A stretch of 64,000 bases of DNA. Source: Candidatus Magasanikiibacteriota bacterium. Lineage in GTDB: Bacteria; Patescibacteriota; Patescibacteriia; Magasanikbacterales; GWA2-37-8. Every line of letters begins with the position of its first letter. The first letter of the stretch is position 1. The notes below the pieces were generated by a model, which did not search any database, was not told the origin of the DNA, and was given only the letters and a program-made list of their open reading frames with translations. The stretch covers positions 3,474-67,473 of the forward strand of contig JBAYGI010000006.1 of the NCBI GenBank assembly GCA_041666745.1, written 5' to 3'. Positions 19,467-28,598 of this stretch are shown piece after piece. Position numbers and translations under genes: made by a program.

Positions 19467-22142
19467 TTATTTCATTTCCCCCCAGCTATGCCCAATATTC
19501 ACCTCCACCTTCACCGGCACTCTCAGTTTCACTACATTTTCCATGGTTTCTTTTACCATTTGACTCACTTTTTCCTCTTGTCCTTTTTTTATTTCAAATA
19601 CCAACTCGTCGTGCACTTGAAGAATCATTTTTATTTCTTCGTTGCCGGCAATCGCATCTTGCACGTCGATCATCGCCAGCTTGATCAAATCCGCCGCCGT
19701 ACCCTGAATCGGATGATTGATCGCCATACGCTCGGCCGCGCTTCGCAACTGAAAATTCTGCGACTTTAATTCTGGAATATATCGTCGGCGCCCAAACAGA
19801 GTCTCACAATATCCTTCTTTTTTGGTGAACTCCAAAGTCTGATCGATGTATTTTTTCACTCCACTAAATTGTTCAAAATATTTTTTAATAAAATCTTTCG
19901 CCTGTTCATGTGAAATTTCCGCGCGCCAACTCAGACCATAGGTACCCATACCATACAGCACGCCAAAATTTATCTCTTTGGCGCTACGACGCATTTCTTT
20001 GGTTACCTGTTCCAAGGGCACATTATTTATCGCCGCCGCTGTAGCTTTGTGAATATCCAAATCTTTTTCAAAAATTTCCATCATTTTTTTATCTTGTGCC
20101 AATGATGCTACAATACGCAATTCGATTTGACTATAATCCGCACTCACCAATATGTTTCCTTTTTCCGCCACAAATGTTTTGCGCACCTCACGCCCAATCT
20201 CGGTCCGAATCGGAATATTTTGTAAATTTGGATCAGAGCTGGACAGTCTGCCGGTGGCTGTGACCGCCTGATTAAAAGTCGTATGAATGCGTCCGGTTTT
20301 TTTGTTGATTAGGGTCGGCAAAACATCTACATAAGTATTTTGCAATTTGGACAACTCGCGATAAATTTCAATCTCATCAATAATCGGATGCAACCCCCGC
20401 ATTTTTTCAAGCTGTTCCGCCGAAGTGGACAGGCCGGTCTTGCCTTTTTTAATTCCCTCTACCGATATTCCCAATTTGTCGAATAGCACTTCACGCAATT
20501 GCAGTGGCGAAGAAATATTAAATTCCATGCCCGCTAAATCAAAAATCTTTTTAGAAACTTTTTTAATATTTTCATTTACTTCCAAAGATAATTTTTTCAA
20601 CATTTCCAAATCCACCGACACGCCATTTAATTCCATTTGCGACAGGGCAAAAATCAGAGGCATTTCTATTTTTTGCATCAAACCTAGGTTGTCTGTTTTT
20701 TCCAATTCGTTTTTTAATTTATCGACAGTTTGATTTAACAAAAATAATTCTTGAGCGATAGCTTTGGCATCCACTCCAAACAAACTTTCTTGACCACTCC
20801 CTACTTTCAATTCTTTTCCCAAAACTTTCAATACCACGCTGGCGCTATCATGAGCGCGACTGCCCGGATTAAGCAAATATGATCCCACCATTACATCAAA
20901 CAAAGAATTGTTTATCTCTTGTTTTTGTAACAATAAAACCTTGATCAGTTGTTTCAAATCATGACCAACCAATTCGATTTTTTCATCCGCGAAAATCGGC
21001 AAAAATTCCTCTACCAAATTATTTTTTATATAGCAACCTTCATTTTCTACTATCACCACCAGGCCCAACAGACTGCTGGTCAAAACATCCTTTCCATTCA
21101 ACACCGCTTTGCAGGCAAACTGTTTTTGTTTTTTAATTTTTTCAACCAACTCTTTTATCTCATTTTTATTTTCTACTTCTTTAAATTTTAAATCCGCTAT
21201 TTTTTTACTTTTGGTTGTTTTGTTTTTTTCCGGTTCACCTTCTATTATATGTTCGAATCCGGGGATGCGTTTAAGCAGAGAAACAAATTCAAATTTTTGA
21301 AATAGTTTGATTATTTTTTCACGATCAAATTCACTGATCGCGCAATCGTCTAGTGTAAAACGCAAGTCCGGTACCGCACAATCTATGGCTGCCAATTCAT
21401 AACTCATCTGGGCGCTTTTTTCTCCATCAACTAATTTTTGCAAAACCGAAGCGCTAAACAATTCGCTTTTCTTTTTTTCTTTTTCCTTATACACCACTTT
21501 ATATATTTCTTTTAAATCACCAAATTTCAAAATTAGTTCCGTAGCGGTTTTTTCACCAATCCCCGGTACACCGGGGATATTGTCCGAGGCATCACCACGC
21601 AATGCTTTGTAATCTATTACCAACTCCGGCCCAAAACCAAAACGTTTTTTTACTTCGTCCGGATTATACACCACCACATCGTTCATGCCTTTGCGCAAAG
21701 TAAATACTTTTATTTTTTCATCTACCAACTGCAAGGTGTCCATATCCCCCGTCACTATAAACACTTCGTCGACTTCAGATTTTACTTTTTTTACCACCGT
21801 ACCGATAACATCGTCCGCCTCAAAACCCCTTTTTTCATAAATCGGAATACTAAAGGCCTCCACCACTTCATGAACCATCGGCATTTGATCATATAGTTCT
21901 TGGTCGGCTTTTACTCTCGTGCCTTTATATTTTTCATATTTTTCATGACGAAAAGTCCCGCCAGCGACATCAAAACTCACACACAAATGAGTGGGTTTTA
22001 AATCTTTCCAAACCTTGAGTAACATGGAAGTAAATCCATACACCGCATTGACCATCACTCCGTCTTTGGTGTGCATTGGAGGAATAGCATGATAGGCGCG
22101 ATGCACAATAGCATTGCCGTCTATTATTACAAATTTTTTCAT
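19467..22142 (-). CDS. polA: DNA polymerase I
   Basis: 891 aa with a 5'-3' exonuclease N-terminus and a PolA family polymerase domain. Confidence 0.9.
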   Translation of the reverse strand: MKKFVIIDGNAIVHRAYHAIPPMHTKDGVMVNAVYGFTSMLLKVWKDLKPTHLCVSFDVAGGTFRHEKYEKYKGTRVKADQELYDQMPMVHEVVEAFSIPIYEKRGFEADDVIGTVVKKVKSEVDEVFIVTGDMDTLQLVDEKIKVFTLRKGMNDVVVYNPDEVKKRFGFGPELVIDYKALRGDASDNIPGVPGIGEKTATELILKFGDLKEIYKVVYKEKEKKKSELFSASVLQKLVDGEKSAQMSYELAAIDCAVPDLRFTLDDCAISEFDREKIIKLFQKFEFVSLLKRIPGFEHIIEGEPEKNKTTKSKKIADLKFKEVENKNEIKELVEKIKKQKQFACKAVLNGKDVLTSSLLGLVVIVENEGCYIKNNLVEEFLPIFADEKIELVGHDLKQLIKVLLLQKQEINNSLFDVMVGSYLLNPGSRAHDSASVVLKVLGKELKVGSGQESLFGVDAKAIAQELFLLNQTVDKLKNELEKTDNLGLMQKIEMPLIFALSQMELNGVSVDLEMLKKLSLEVNENIKKVSKKIFDLAGMEFNISSPLQLREVLFDKLGISVEGIKKGKTGLSTSAEQLEKMRGLHPIIDEIEIYRELSKLQNTYVDVLPTLINKKTGRIHTTFNQAVTATGRLSSSDPNLQNIPIRTEIGREVRKTFVAEKGNILVSADYSQIELRIVASLAQDKKMMEIFEKDLDIHKATAAAINNVPLEQVTKEMRRSAKEINFGVLYGMGTYGLSWRAEISHEQAKDFIKKYFEQFSGVKKYIDQTLEFTKKEGYCETLFGRRRYIPELKSQNFQLRSAAERMAINHPIQGTAADLIKLAMIDVQDAIAGNEEIKMILQVHDELVFEIKKGQEEKVSQMVKETMENVVKLRVPVKVEVNIGHSWGEMK

Positions 22143-22148
22143 AAAAAA

Positions 22149-22176
22149 TTGTCATTCCCGCAAAAGCGGGAATCTA
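22149..22176 (+). repeat. hairpin repeat family 1, copy b (left terminal inverted repeat of the mini-cassette)
   Basis: ttgtcattcccgcaaaagcgggaatc. Confidence 0.6.
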
Positions 22177-22340
22177 ACCAATATTTTACTATTCTTTCCC
22201 TTTTTTAGCAAACCCGCCTTCGCTAAAGCTACGGCGGGTAAAACAAAAAAATCACCTGGCGGTGAAATAGTAGGGCGTCGGGCAGGGGTGTCATGTCCCC
22301 CTGCCCGACGGAAGTCCCGACAGCTCGCTCGATCACGGAG

Positions 22341-22478
22341 CTACGGGAAACGGTTGCGGTTTCGGGCCTCGGCGTTCATCTCGTACTCATCGTAGCTGCT
22401 GCGGGCGTGGCTGCAGTTGTTGACGAGCTTCTCGCACTGCGCGTCGGTCATGATGTACTCGGTCTCGTTGCGAAACAT
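22341..22478 (-). CDS. 45-aa Cys-containing peptide inside the GC-rich mini-cassette
   Basis: AAGGAG RBS 8 nt before the ATG. Translation MFRNETEYIMTDAQCEKLVNNCSHARSSYDEYEMNAEARNRNRFP. GC about 60%. Confidence 0.35.
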   Translation of the reverse strand: MFRNETEYIMTDAQCEKLVNNCSHARSSYDEYEMNAEARNRNRFP

Positions 22479-22587
22479 GAGAATGCTCCTTGCTCGGGTT
22501 GCTTCCTCCGACCTGCTTCCGCCCCAACGAGCGAATATGACAGGTACAGATAAGAATCATTTTATATGAGAGAGAGATAATAGTCAA

Positions 22588-22612
22588 GATTCCCGTTTCC
22601 ACGGGAATGACA
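22588..22612 (-). repeat. hairpin repeat family 1, copy c (right terminal inverted repeat, inverted orientation)
   Basis: Reverse complement is tgtcattcccgtggaaacgggaatc. Confidence 0.6.
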
Positions 22613-22630
22613 ATAAACAACAAAAAAACA

Positions 22631-22732
22631 AAACCGCCACAGAAAATTACTTTTGAGCGGGTTATGCGCCGAGGCGCATCCTTTTGCCCTCGCGGGCAAA
22701 AAAAGCGAAAAAGTCATTTTCTGTGGCGGTTT
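22631..22732. repeat. R3 structured element copy 1, inside an 18-bp inverted-repeat terminator stem
   Basis: Core 22653-22710 is ttgagcgggttatgcgccgaggcgcatccttttgccctcgcgggcaaaaaaagcgaaa. Flanks aaaaccgccacagaaaat / attttctgtggcggtttt followed by a T-run. Confidence 0.6.
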
Positions 22733-22769
22733 TGTTTTTTACCCATCTTACCTAAAACGCCATATTAGA

Positions 22770-22841
22770 GGTACCGGTGGGAATTGCACCCACGCATAAG
22801 GGTTTTGCAGACCCTTGTCTTACTGCTTGACGACGGTACCA
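22770..22841 (-). tRNA. tRNA-Cys (GCA), atypical T-loop
   Basis: Perfect 7-bp acceptor stem ggtaccg/cggtacc. U73 discriminator (Cys identity). Anticodon loop ctGCAaa. T-loop TGCAATT carries G at position 55 instead of U. Confidence 0.55.
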
Positions 22842-22886
22842 GTTTTTCTATCCAAATAATACCTGTTTTTGTAAAAAAAGTCAAAA

Positions 22887-24224
22887 CTACCTCACATACC
22901 CCAACGGATTCACCCGCACACCATTTACTATCACTTCAAAATGCAAATGGATACCAGTACGCCCACGCACGTTACCAGTATTTCCCATCAAACCAATCAC
23001 TTGTCCGGCTTCCACATATTCACCCGGCGACACCAACAAACGAGAGTGGTGGCCATACAAAGTCTTCACGCCATTGCCGTGATCAATCTGCACATAACAA
23101 CCATACCCACGATTCCAGCCACACTGCGCAAATTCTACCGTACCGGCTTTGGCCGCATAGTTTGGTGTTTCAAATGGTCCGGCAACATCTAACCCGCTAT
23201 GCTTCCAACCATAATACTGTGTAATGGTACGCGCACCAGATGGCCACACAAAACCAGACGCACTTGGCGCTCGCGAAGATGAAGGCGGACGAATTATTTC
23301 ATTATAGCTTGATTGTGTGGTTTTTATTACCCTTCCCGATGTTGCAGCCACTTTTACTTGTGGTTTAACACCACCCGGTATCATAATCTTTTCACCAATA
23401 CGCAAATCTTTTCCATTTTCATCCAAATTGTTAAAAAGAACAATGTCGCCAACTTTGGCGCCATATAATTTTGCAATCTTCAACAGACTGTCGCCTTTTT
23501 TCACAACATGCATCACACCACTAGCTGGCGGAATAAGTATTTTTTGATTCAGTTTCAATTTTGATTTTGAAGTCAGTCCATTTTCCCATAAAATTGTCGT
23601 CACATCCACGCCAAAACGACTGGCAATACCGCTGAGCGAATCCCCGGACACTACTATATATTCCACCGTCTGCTTACGACCGGAGCCACCCGTGCTCACA
23701 CTACCGGTCATTATATGTGGTTTGTTGATAGTCATTCCTCCGGCAAATGTACCTGCCAAATCTTGATCGAGAATAACTGCCCCAACTTGATTGGAAGTAC
23801 TTTCTGCGCTTATTATTCCAGCGCGCCAGTTGTAGGCTGGAACAACATTGGTTTGTGCCGGCTCGGCAGTTACTTCTTCAAAACTATAATCTTCTACTTC
23901 ACCAAACAAATTGAAGGCTAATGTTTTTTGACCTGGTAAAAAAGTGCTTTTTTGACTAAATAGCTTAGTTTGTGGAATAGCCACCACAAACAATAATATA
24001 AAAACAATCGGCTGAAGAATGTCACGCGCGATCACTCCGGCACCACTACCAATTCCAAGTTTTTTTAAATAAAAATTTATTTTGAACCCAATATATGCAA
24101 AAAAACGATAGATTTTACCAAAAATTCCAGCAAACACCAAAAAGACTCTGGAACCTATCCACCAGAAGAATCGCTTTATATACACTAAAAAGCGCAAAAA
24201 TTTTAACAAAAGGTTATATTTCAT
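22887..24224 (-). CDS. LysM-domain M23 metallopeptidase
   Basis: Two LysM-like repeats and a C-terminal M23 core HSGLDVAG...GHHSRL...LHFEV. Confidence 0.8.
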   Translation of the reverse strand: MKYNLLLKFLRFLVYIKRFFWWIGSRVFLVFAGIFGKIYRFFAYIGFKINFYLKKLGIGSGAGVIARDILQPIVFILLFVVAIPQTKLFSQKSTFLPGQKTLAFNLFGEVEDYSFEEVTAEPAQTNVVPAYNWRAGIISAESTSNQVGAVILDQDLAGTFAGGMTINKPHIMTGSVSTGGSGRKQTVEYIVVSGDSLSGIASRFGVDVTTILWENGLTSKSKLKLNQKILIPPASGVMHVVKKGDSLLKIAKLYGAKVGDIVLFNNLDENGKDLRIGEKIMIPGGVKPQVKVAATSGRVIKTTQSSYNEIIRPPSSSRAPSASGFVWPSGARTITQYYGWKHSGLDVAGPFETPNYAAKAGTVEFAQCGWNRGYGCYVQIDHGNGVKTLYGHHSRLLVSPGEYVEAGQVIGLMGNTGNVRGRTGIHLHFEVIVNGVRVNPLGYVR

Positions 24225-24227
24225 ACC

Positions 24228-24310
24228 TTGACGATTGGGCTATTTTATCATAAAATGTACCCATTGGCAATCTCGCGTTGACTTTTGAATTTATTTAGTT
24301 TAAAATTATT
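24228..24310 (+). promoter_or_regulatory. tandem promoters TTGACG-17-TAAAAT and TTGACT-17-TTAAAA
   Basis: Seen directly upstream of hppA. Confidence 0.4.
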
Positions 24311-24342
24311 AAAATAACTTTATTAATTAATAACAAAAACTT

Positions 24343-26373
24343 ATGTTAACTATACCAGTTATCATTTCGTTTATTGCCTTGGCCTTCGCGGTCTATCTGG
24401 TCACCTGGATAAACAAGCAAGACATGGGCACTGCAAAAATGCAGGAAATCTACGAGGCAATCAAAAAAGGAGCAAACGCCTTTTTGAACAGACAATACAG
24501 AACTATCGGAATAATGTCAGTTGTTTTGGCCATAGTTCTCTTTAGTGTTTACGCTTTAAATGGAAAATGGGTATCGGGTTTGCAAATTTCTTTAGCATTT
24601 CTTTTGGGTGCTTTTTGTTCTTGTCTTTCCGGGCTTATCGGCATGTGGATTTCTGTGCGATCAAACATCCGCACCGCCTCGGCCGCACAAACAAGTTTTA
24701 GCAAGGCATTATCTATCGCTTTTAGAGCCGGTGCTGTTTCCGGTATTACCATTGTGGCCATGAGTTTGCTCGGCATCAGTGGTCTTTATTATATTTATAC
24801 TCTTTTGGGCTATACCGGCATCCAGATCCCTGCTCTATTGGTAGGTTTTGGTTTTGGCGCCAGTTTAGTCGCCTTGTTTGCTCAATTAGGTGGTGGTATT
24901 TTTACCAAAGCCGCCGATGTTGGAGCCGACTTGGTAGGTAAAGTAGAAAAAGGAATCCCGGAAGATGATCCACGCAACCCAGCGGTTATTGCCGATTTGG
25001 TTGGGGATAATGTTGGTGATTGTGCTGGTAGAGGAGCCGATTTGTTTGAATCCACCGCAGCCGAAAATATCGGCGCGATGATCTTGGGTGTTGCTCTTTA
25101 TCCACATTTTGGAATCAACGGTATTCTTTTTCCATTGGTTATCCGCGGTTTTGGTTTAATCTGCGCGATGGTTGGTATCTTGTGTGCCAAAGCAAAAGAA
25201 ACCGACGAACCACTAAAGGCATTGAATAAAGGATATTTTATTACCTGTGCATTGGCAGCTGTTGCTTTTTACTTCGTGACAATGAACATGTTGAATAGCA
25301 TTTTGATGTTCTACGCCGGTTTGGTTGGTTTGGCAGCAAGTATCGTTTTCGTTTTCGTAACTCAATATTACACAGAACACAGATTCCGCCCGGTACAAGA
25401 TATCGCCAAGGCCTCTTTGACCGGCCATGCGACCAATATTATTGCCGGACTTTCTGTTGGTTTTGAATGTACTGCCGCCACTGTTGTTACAATTTCCGCC
25501 GCTTTATTGGCCTCATACAAATTAGGAGAAATGACCGGTTTTGCTTCCGGTGGAATTTACGGTACAGCTGTGGCTACTATGGGTATGTTGTCCACCGCCG
25601 CATATATTTTGGCCATGGACACTTTTGGACCTATCACAGATAATGCCGGTGGTATAGTAGAAATGTCTGGTGCTTCAGAAGAAATCCGCCAGAGAACAGA
25701 TAAATTGGACGCCGCTGGAAACACTACCAAGGCCTTGACCAAAGGTTATGCTATGGGTAGTGCCGCCTTAGCTGCATTTTTACTTTTTTCCGCATTTTTG
25801 CAAGAAGCAAATATTCAAACTGTTGACTTGGCAAAGGTGGAGGTTTTCGTTGCCGCCCTTGTTGGTGCGATGTTAATTTTCTTCTTCTCTGCTTTAACAA
25901 TGAGAGCAGTCGGAAAAGCCGCTGGAAAAGTGGTTGAGGAAGTCCGACGCCAATTCAAAGCCGACCCGGGTTTGATGGCAGGCACAAGCAAACCGGATTA
26001 TGCCGCTTGTGTGGATATCACCACCAAAGAAGCCTTGAAACAAATGGTAATGCCAGGATTGTTGGCTGTAATCGTGCCAATAGCTATCGGTGTTACAATG
26101 AAAGCTGAAGCCGAAGCAGGTTTGATAATGGTCGGCACAATCGCCGGCATCCTCTTGGCCACTGTTATGAACAATGCCGGAGGCGCTTGGGACAATGCTA
26201 AAAAATATATTGAAATGGGAAATCTCGGTGGCAAAGGCAGTGATGCCCACAAAGCAGCCGTCACCGGCGACACCGTCGGCGACCCATTCAAAGACACAGC
26301 AGGACCTTCACTGCATGTGTTGGTGAAATTGCTAGGCACTTTGTCTTTGGCATTGGTGGCGTTGTTTATATAA
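24343..26373 (+). CDS. hppA: membrane-bound H+/Na+-translocating pyrophosphatase
   Basis: GGGIFTKAADVGADLVGK, DNVGDCAGRGADLFES and GDTVGDPFKDTAGPS motifs. Confidence 0.9.
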   Translation: MLTIPVIISFIALAFAVYLVTWINKQDMGTAKMQEIYEAIKKGANAFLNRQYRTIGIMSVVLAIVLFSVYALNGKWVSGLQISLAFLLGAFCSCLSGLIGMWISVRSNIRTASAAQTSFSKALSIAFRAGAVSGITIVAMSLLGISGLYYIYTLLGYTGIQIPALLVGFGFGASLVALFAQLGGGIFTKAADVGADLVGKVEKGIPEDDPRNPAVIADLVGDNVGDCAGRGADLFESTAAENIGAMILGVALYPHFGINGILFPLVIRGFGLICAMVGILCAKAKETDEPLKALNKGYFITCALAAVAFYFVTMNMLNSILMFYAGLVGLAASIVFVFVTQYYTEHRFRPVQDIAKASLTGHATNIIAGLSVGFECTAATVVTISAALLASYKLGEMTGFASGGIYGTAVATMGMLSTAAYILAMDTFGPITDNAGGIVEMSGASEEIRQRTDKLDAAGNTTKALTKGYAMGSAALAAFLLFSAFLQEANIQTVDLAKVEVFVAALVGAMLIFFFSALTMRAVGKAAGKVVEEVRRQFKADPGLMAGTSKPDYAACVDITTKEALKQMVMPGLLAVIVPIAIGVTMKAEAEAGLIMVGTIAGILLATVMNNAGGAWDNAKKYIEMGNLGGKGSDAHKAAVTGDTVGDPFKDTAGPSLHVLVKLLGTLSLALVALFI

Positions 26374-26409
26374 TTTCTTTAATTTTATTCAACCGTCCGT
26401 TCCACTTTT

Positions 26410-26472
26410 GTCATTCCCGCGAAGGCGGGAATCCAGTCGCTCGTTACTGTCATCCTGAGTATAGCGAAGGAT
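26410..26472 (+). repeat. hairpin repeat family 1, tandem copies d1 and d2
   Basis: tgtcattcccgcgaaggcgggaatcc plus the diverged tgtcatcctgagtatagcgaaggatcc. Terminator at 26487-26534. Confidence 0.55.
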
Positions 26473-26641
26473 CCCTTAAATCCATTTTCACAACAGAACA
26501 AAAACCACCGACCAATCACCGGTGGTTTTTTATTTGAAAAGGCACTATCCCCATTGACTTCTTTCTTTTTTTTAATTAGTATGAAACCTAATGTTCGTGG
26601 CTAAACTCTAACCACGAAACCCAACCACCAGGAGAACTGAC

Positions 26642-27013
26642 ATGACCCTGAAATCCGAGCTCGTGGCAATACGCCAAGACAAGCAGGAAAGTCGCGACAG
26701 AGAGGACCAGAGGATAGTTCAGGAGAGTCACGACCACATGACTGCTCTGATCGACAACCTCCCTGACATGCTGAGGGCACAAGCCCGACTCAACGGCGGT
26801 ACGTTGTGGGTCAGCACATGCTACACCACCCATGTGAAGTGCGTGGTTCGTGACGAGGAAGGGGAAGACACTGTGTGGCACAGTGAGAAGACTTATTTCA
26901 CAGGGGCAGACTGGAGACGACTGGAAGTGTGGGTCCGGGAAAACGGCCTCCAGATGAATCGTCATCCAGATCAGGCCGCTGGGGGTGCGCCCTTGTACGG
27001 GATTGAGCCCTAA
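26642..27013 (+). CDS. hypothetical protein on GC-rich island E
   Basis: AGGAGA RBS. TTGACT-17-TAGTAT promoter at 26544. 123 aa with no recognised family. 11-bp-stem hairpin at 27027-27056. Confidence 0.5.
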   Translation: MTLKSELVAIRQDKQESRDREDQRIVQESHDHMTALIDNLPDMLRAQARLNGGTLWVSTCYTTHVKCVVRDEEGEDTVWHSEKTYFTGADWRRLEVWVRENGLQMNRHPDQAAGGAPLYGIEP

Positions 27014-27127
27014 CTCCAACCAACATGTCCCACTCGCACAGGCGAGCGAGTGGGACAGAGGCAATAGTATCTACATTGATCACTCGCCACGTAATTTGAA
27101 AATATTTTAAAATATGTTTTCAGATTA

Positions 27128-27192
27128 CGCGAGTGATCTAAACGCTTTAAATTAAAAAACATCGAAATTAAATTCGGTGTTTTTTTATTCCC
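27128..27192 (+). repeat. R4 direct repeat copy 1 (includes a terminator hairpin)
   Basis: gagtgatctaaacgctttaaattaaaaaacatcgaaattaaattcggtgttttttt. Near-identical to 28951-29010. Confidence 0.7.
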
Positions 27193-27245
27193 TAAATAAA
27201 TTCGTCAAAAAACAAATTTTGTGGTATCATATATAAAATTTCAAT

Positions 27246-28094
27246 ATGCATACTGTTAAAATTCTACAACCTACAAGCACGACACTGGTGGCTCAACTCT
27301 CTTCACTTTATCAAACATTTAAAGGTGTAAAACAAAAAGACGCTATTGAATTTGATTTTTCCAATCTTAATTTTATCTCTCCTCTGTTAATCTTGCCGTT
27401 ATGCGCGTATCTCAACGAAAGCAAAAGCTCCATAATAGGGACAACTCAGCACACCTCATACTTATCAGCGATTAAATTTCCAAAAGGAATAGACACCATA
27501 AATTCATTTCAGCAACAATTACAGTTTGCTAAAAATTTTGTGCCAATAAGTGTTTTAAAGAAAGATTATGGCGCTGACCGAGAACGACTGGAAACTCAAT
27601 TTGCCACTATGGTAAATAAAATTATCGGCTCAATCAAAGGATCCCAAAGCGCTATTTATCACCCTATTACCGAATTAGTCACCAATATTTTTGATCATAG
27701 TAAAAAAGACAGGGGTTACATATTTGGACAATATTATCCAAATAAAAAATTTCTTGACATTTGTATAGTTGATTGTGGCCGTGGTTTAAGTTGTGTGTAC
27801 AAAGAAGAAGAAGGACTGGAACTAAACGACGAAGAAGCAATAATTGAAGTAATGAAAGGTAATTCCACCAAACCGGGAAAAGAAAGAGGTTTTGGTGTAA
27901 GAACCTCAAAAAAAGTGATTTGCGAAGCTTTGGGAGGAGAATTTATTTTAATTTCCGGCAATACCGCATTAATTTCGGATAAAGGCAGAGAAAGAATAGT
28001 GTCATTGCCCGAGTTTTATTGGCAAGGAGTAATAATTTCATACCGCATACCTCAGCCCCATGGTGTTATTGACATTTACCCATATTTGGAATAG
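27246..28094 (+). CDS. STAS-like (DUF4325-like) N-terminus fused to a GHKL/HATPase_c serine-kinase-like domain
   Basis: N-box ITELVTNIFDHS, G1 IVDCGRGL and G2 GFGV. N-terminal EFDFSNLNFISPL resembles STAS/DUF4325. Confidence 0.5.
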   Translation: MHTVKILQPTSTTLVAQLSSLYQTFKGVKQKDAIEFDFSNLNFISPLLILPLCAYLNESKSSIIGTTQHTSYLSAIKFPKGIDTINSFQQQLQFAKNFVPISVLKKDYGADRERLETQFATMVNKIIGSIKGSQSAIYHPITELVTNIFDHSKKDRGYIFGQYYPNKKFLDICIVDCGRGLSCVYKEEEGLELNDEEAIIEVMKGNSTKPGKERGFGVRTSKKVICEALGGEFILISGNTALISDKGRERIVSLPEFYWQGVIISYRIPQPHGVIDIYPYLE

Positions 28095-28122
28095 TTTAAA
28101 GTGTAGGGTATAATATAGTTGT

Positions 28123-28494
28123 ATGGTAAAAGAAACTAAATCCACAATTAATGTATCAGAAATTTTAGCGAAAATCGTTGGCTCCAGGGATCTGTCCGAC
28201 ACGCTAAAAGACGCTATTTTAAAAACCAACACCAATGTGGTTGATTTGGATTTTTCTGAAGTTGAATTTATTTCTCGCTCGGCAGCGCACGAACTTTTGT
28301 CAATGAAGGAAGATCTTAAAAGGAAATTATTGAATAAGAAAGAAATCAATTTTGTTAATACTAATGAAGATGCCACAAAAATGTTTAGGGTGGTAGCTGC
28401 TAATAAAGCCATACCTGATCTTAAACCGACTTTTACCGCTGAACGGGTGGATATAGAATCACTGACGAAAAAAACGCATACTTGCGCTTGCTAA
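28123..28494 (+). CDS. standalone STAS-like (DUF4325-like) protein
   Basis: VVDLDFSEVEFISRSAAHELL motif. Sits 28 bp after the GHKL gene. Confidence 0.4.
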   Translation: MVKETKSTINVSEILAKIVGSRDLSDTLKDAILKTNTNVVDLDFSEVEFISRSAAHELLSMKEDLKRKLLNKKEINFVNTNEDATKMFRVVAANKAIPDLKPTFTAERVDIESLTKKTHTCAC

Positions 28495-28598
28495 AATAGC
28501 GAATAGGATGATGGTGCTTGTGAGGGTTTTGGCCCTCTCGCGGTCAACAAATGTTAAACCGCAGACGGGCAACATCATTTTGTTCGCTATTGTTTTTC
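28495..28598 (+). terminator. complex multi-stem terminator
   Basis: Outer stem aatagcgaa/ttcgctatt encloses two inner hairpins and is followed by gttttt. Confidence 0.4.

Noticed and set aside
19488-21300. Multiple plus-strand ORFs inside polA (19488-19769, 20425-20733, 20949-21191, 21109-21300)
   Set aside because: Antisense to polA, low-complexity and AT-driven. They are artefacts.
22293-22623. ORFs 22293-22553 (+) and 22387-22623 (-) in the GC-rich mini-cassette
   Set aside because: High GC produces long random ORFs. Only the 45-codon minus-strand frame has a canonical AAGGAG-N8-ATG, so it is preferred, and even that call is low confidence.
22771-22843. Plus-strand reading of the tRNA-like sequence as tRNA-Ala (TGC)
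   Set aside because: The plus-strand fold lacks a plausible T-arm. The minus-strand fold gives a full cloverleaf with Cys identity elements (U73, GCA).
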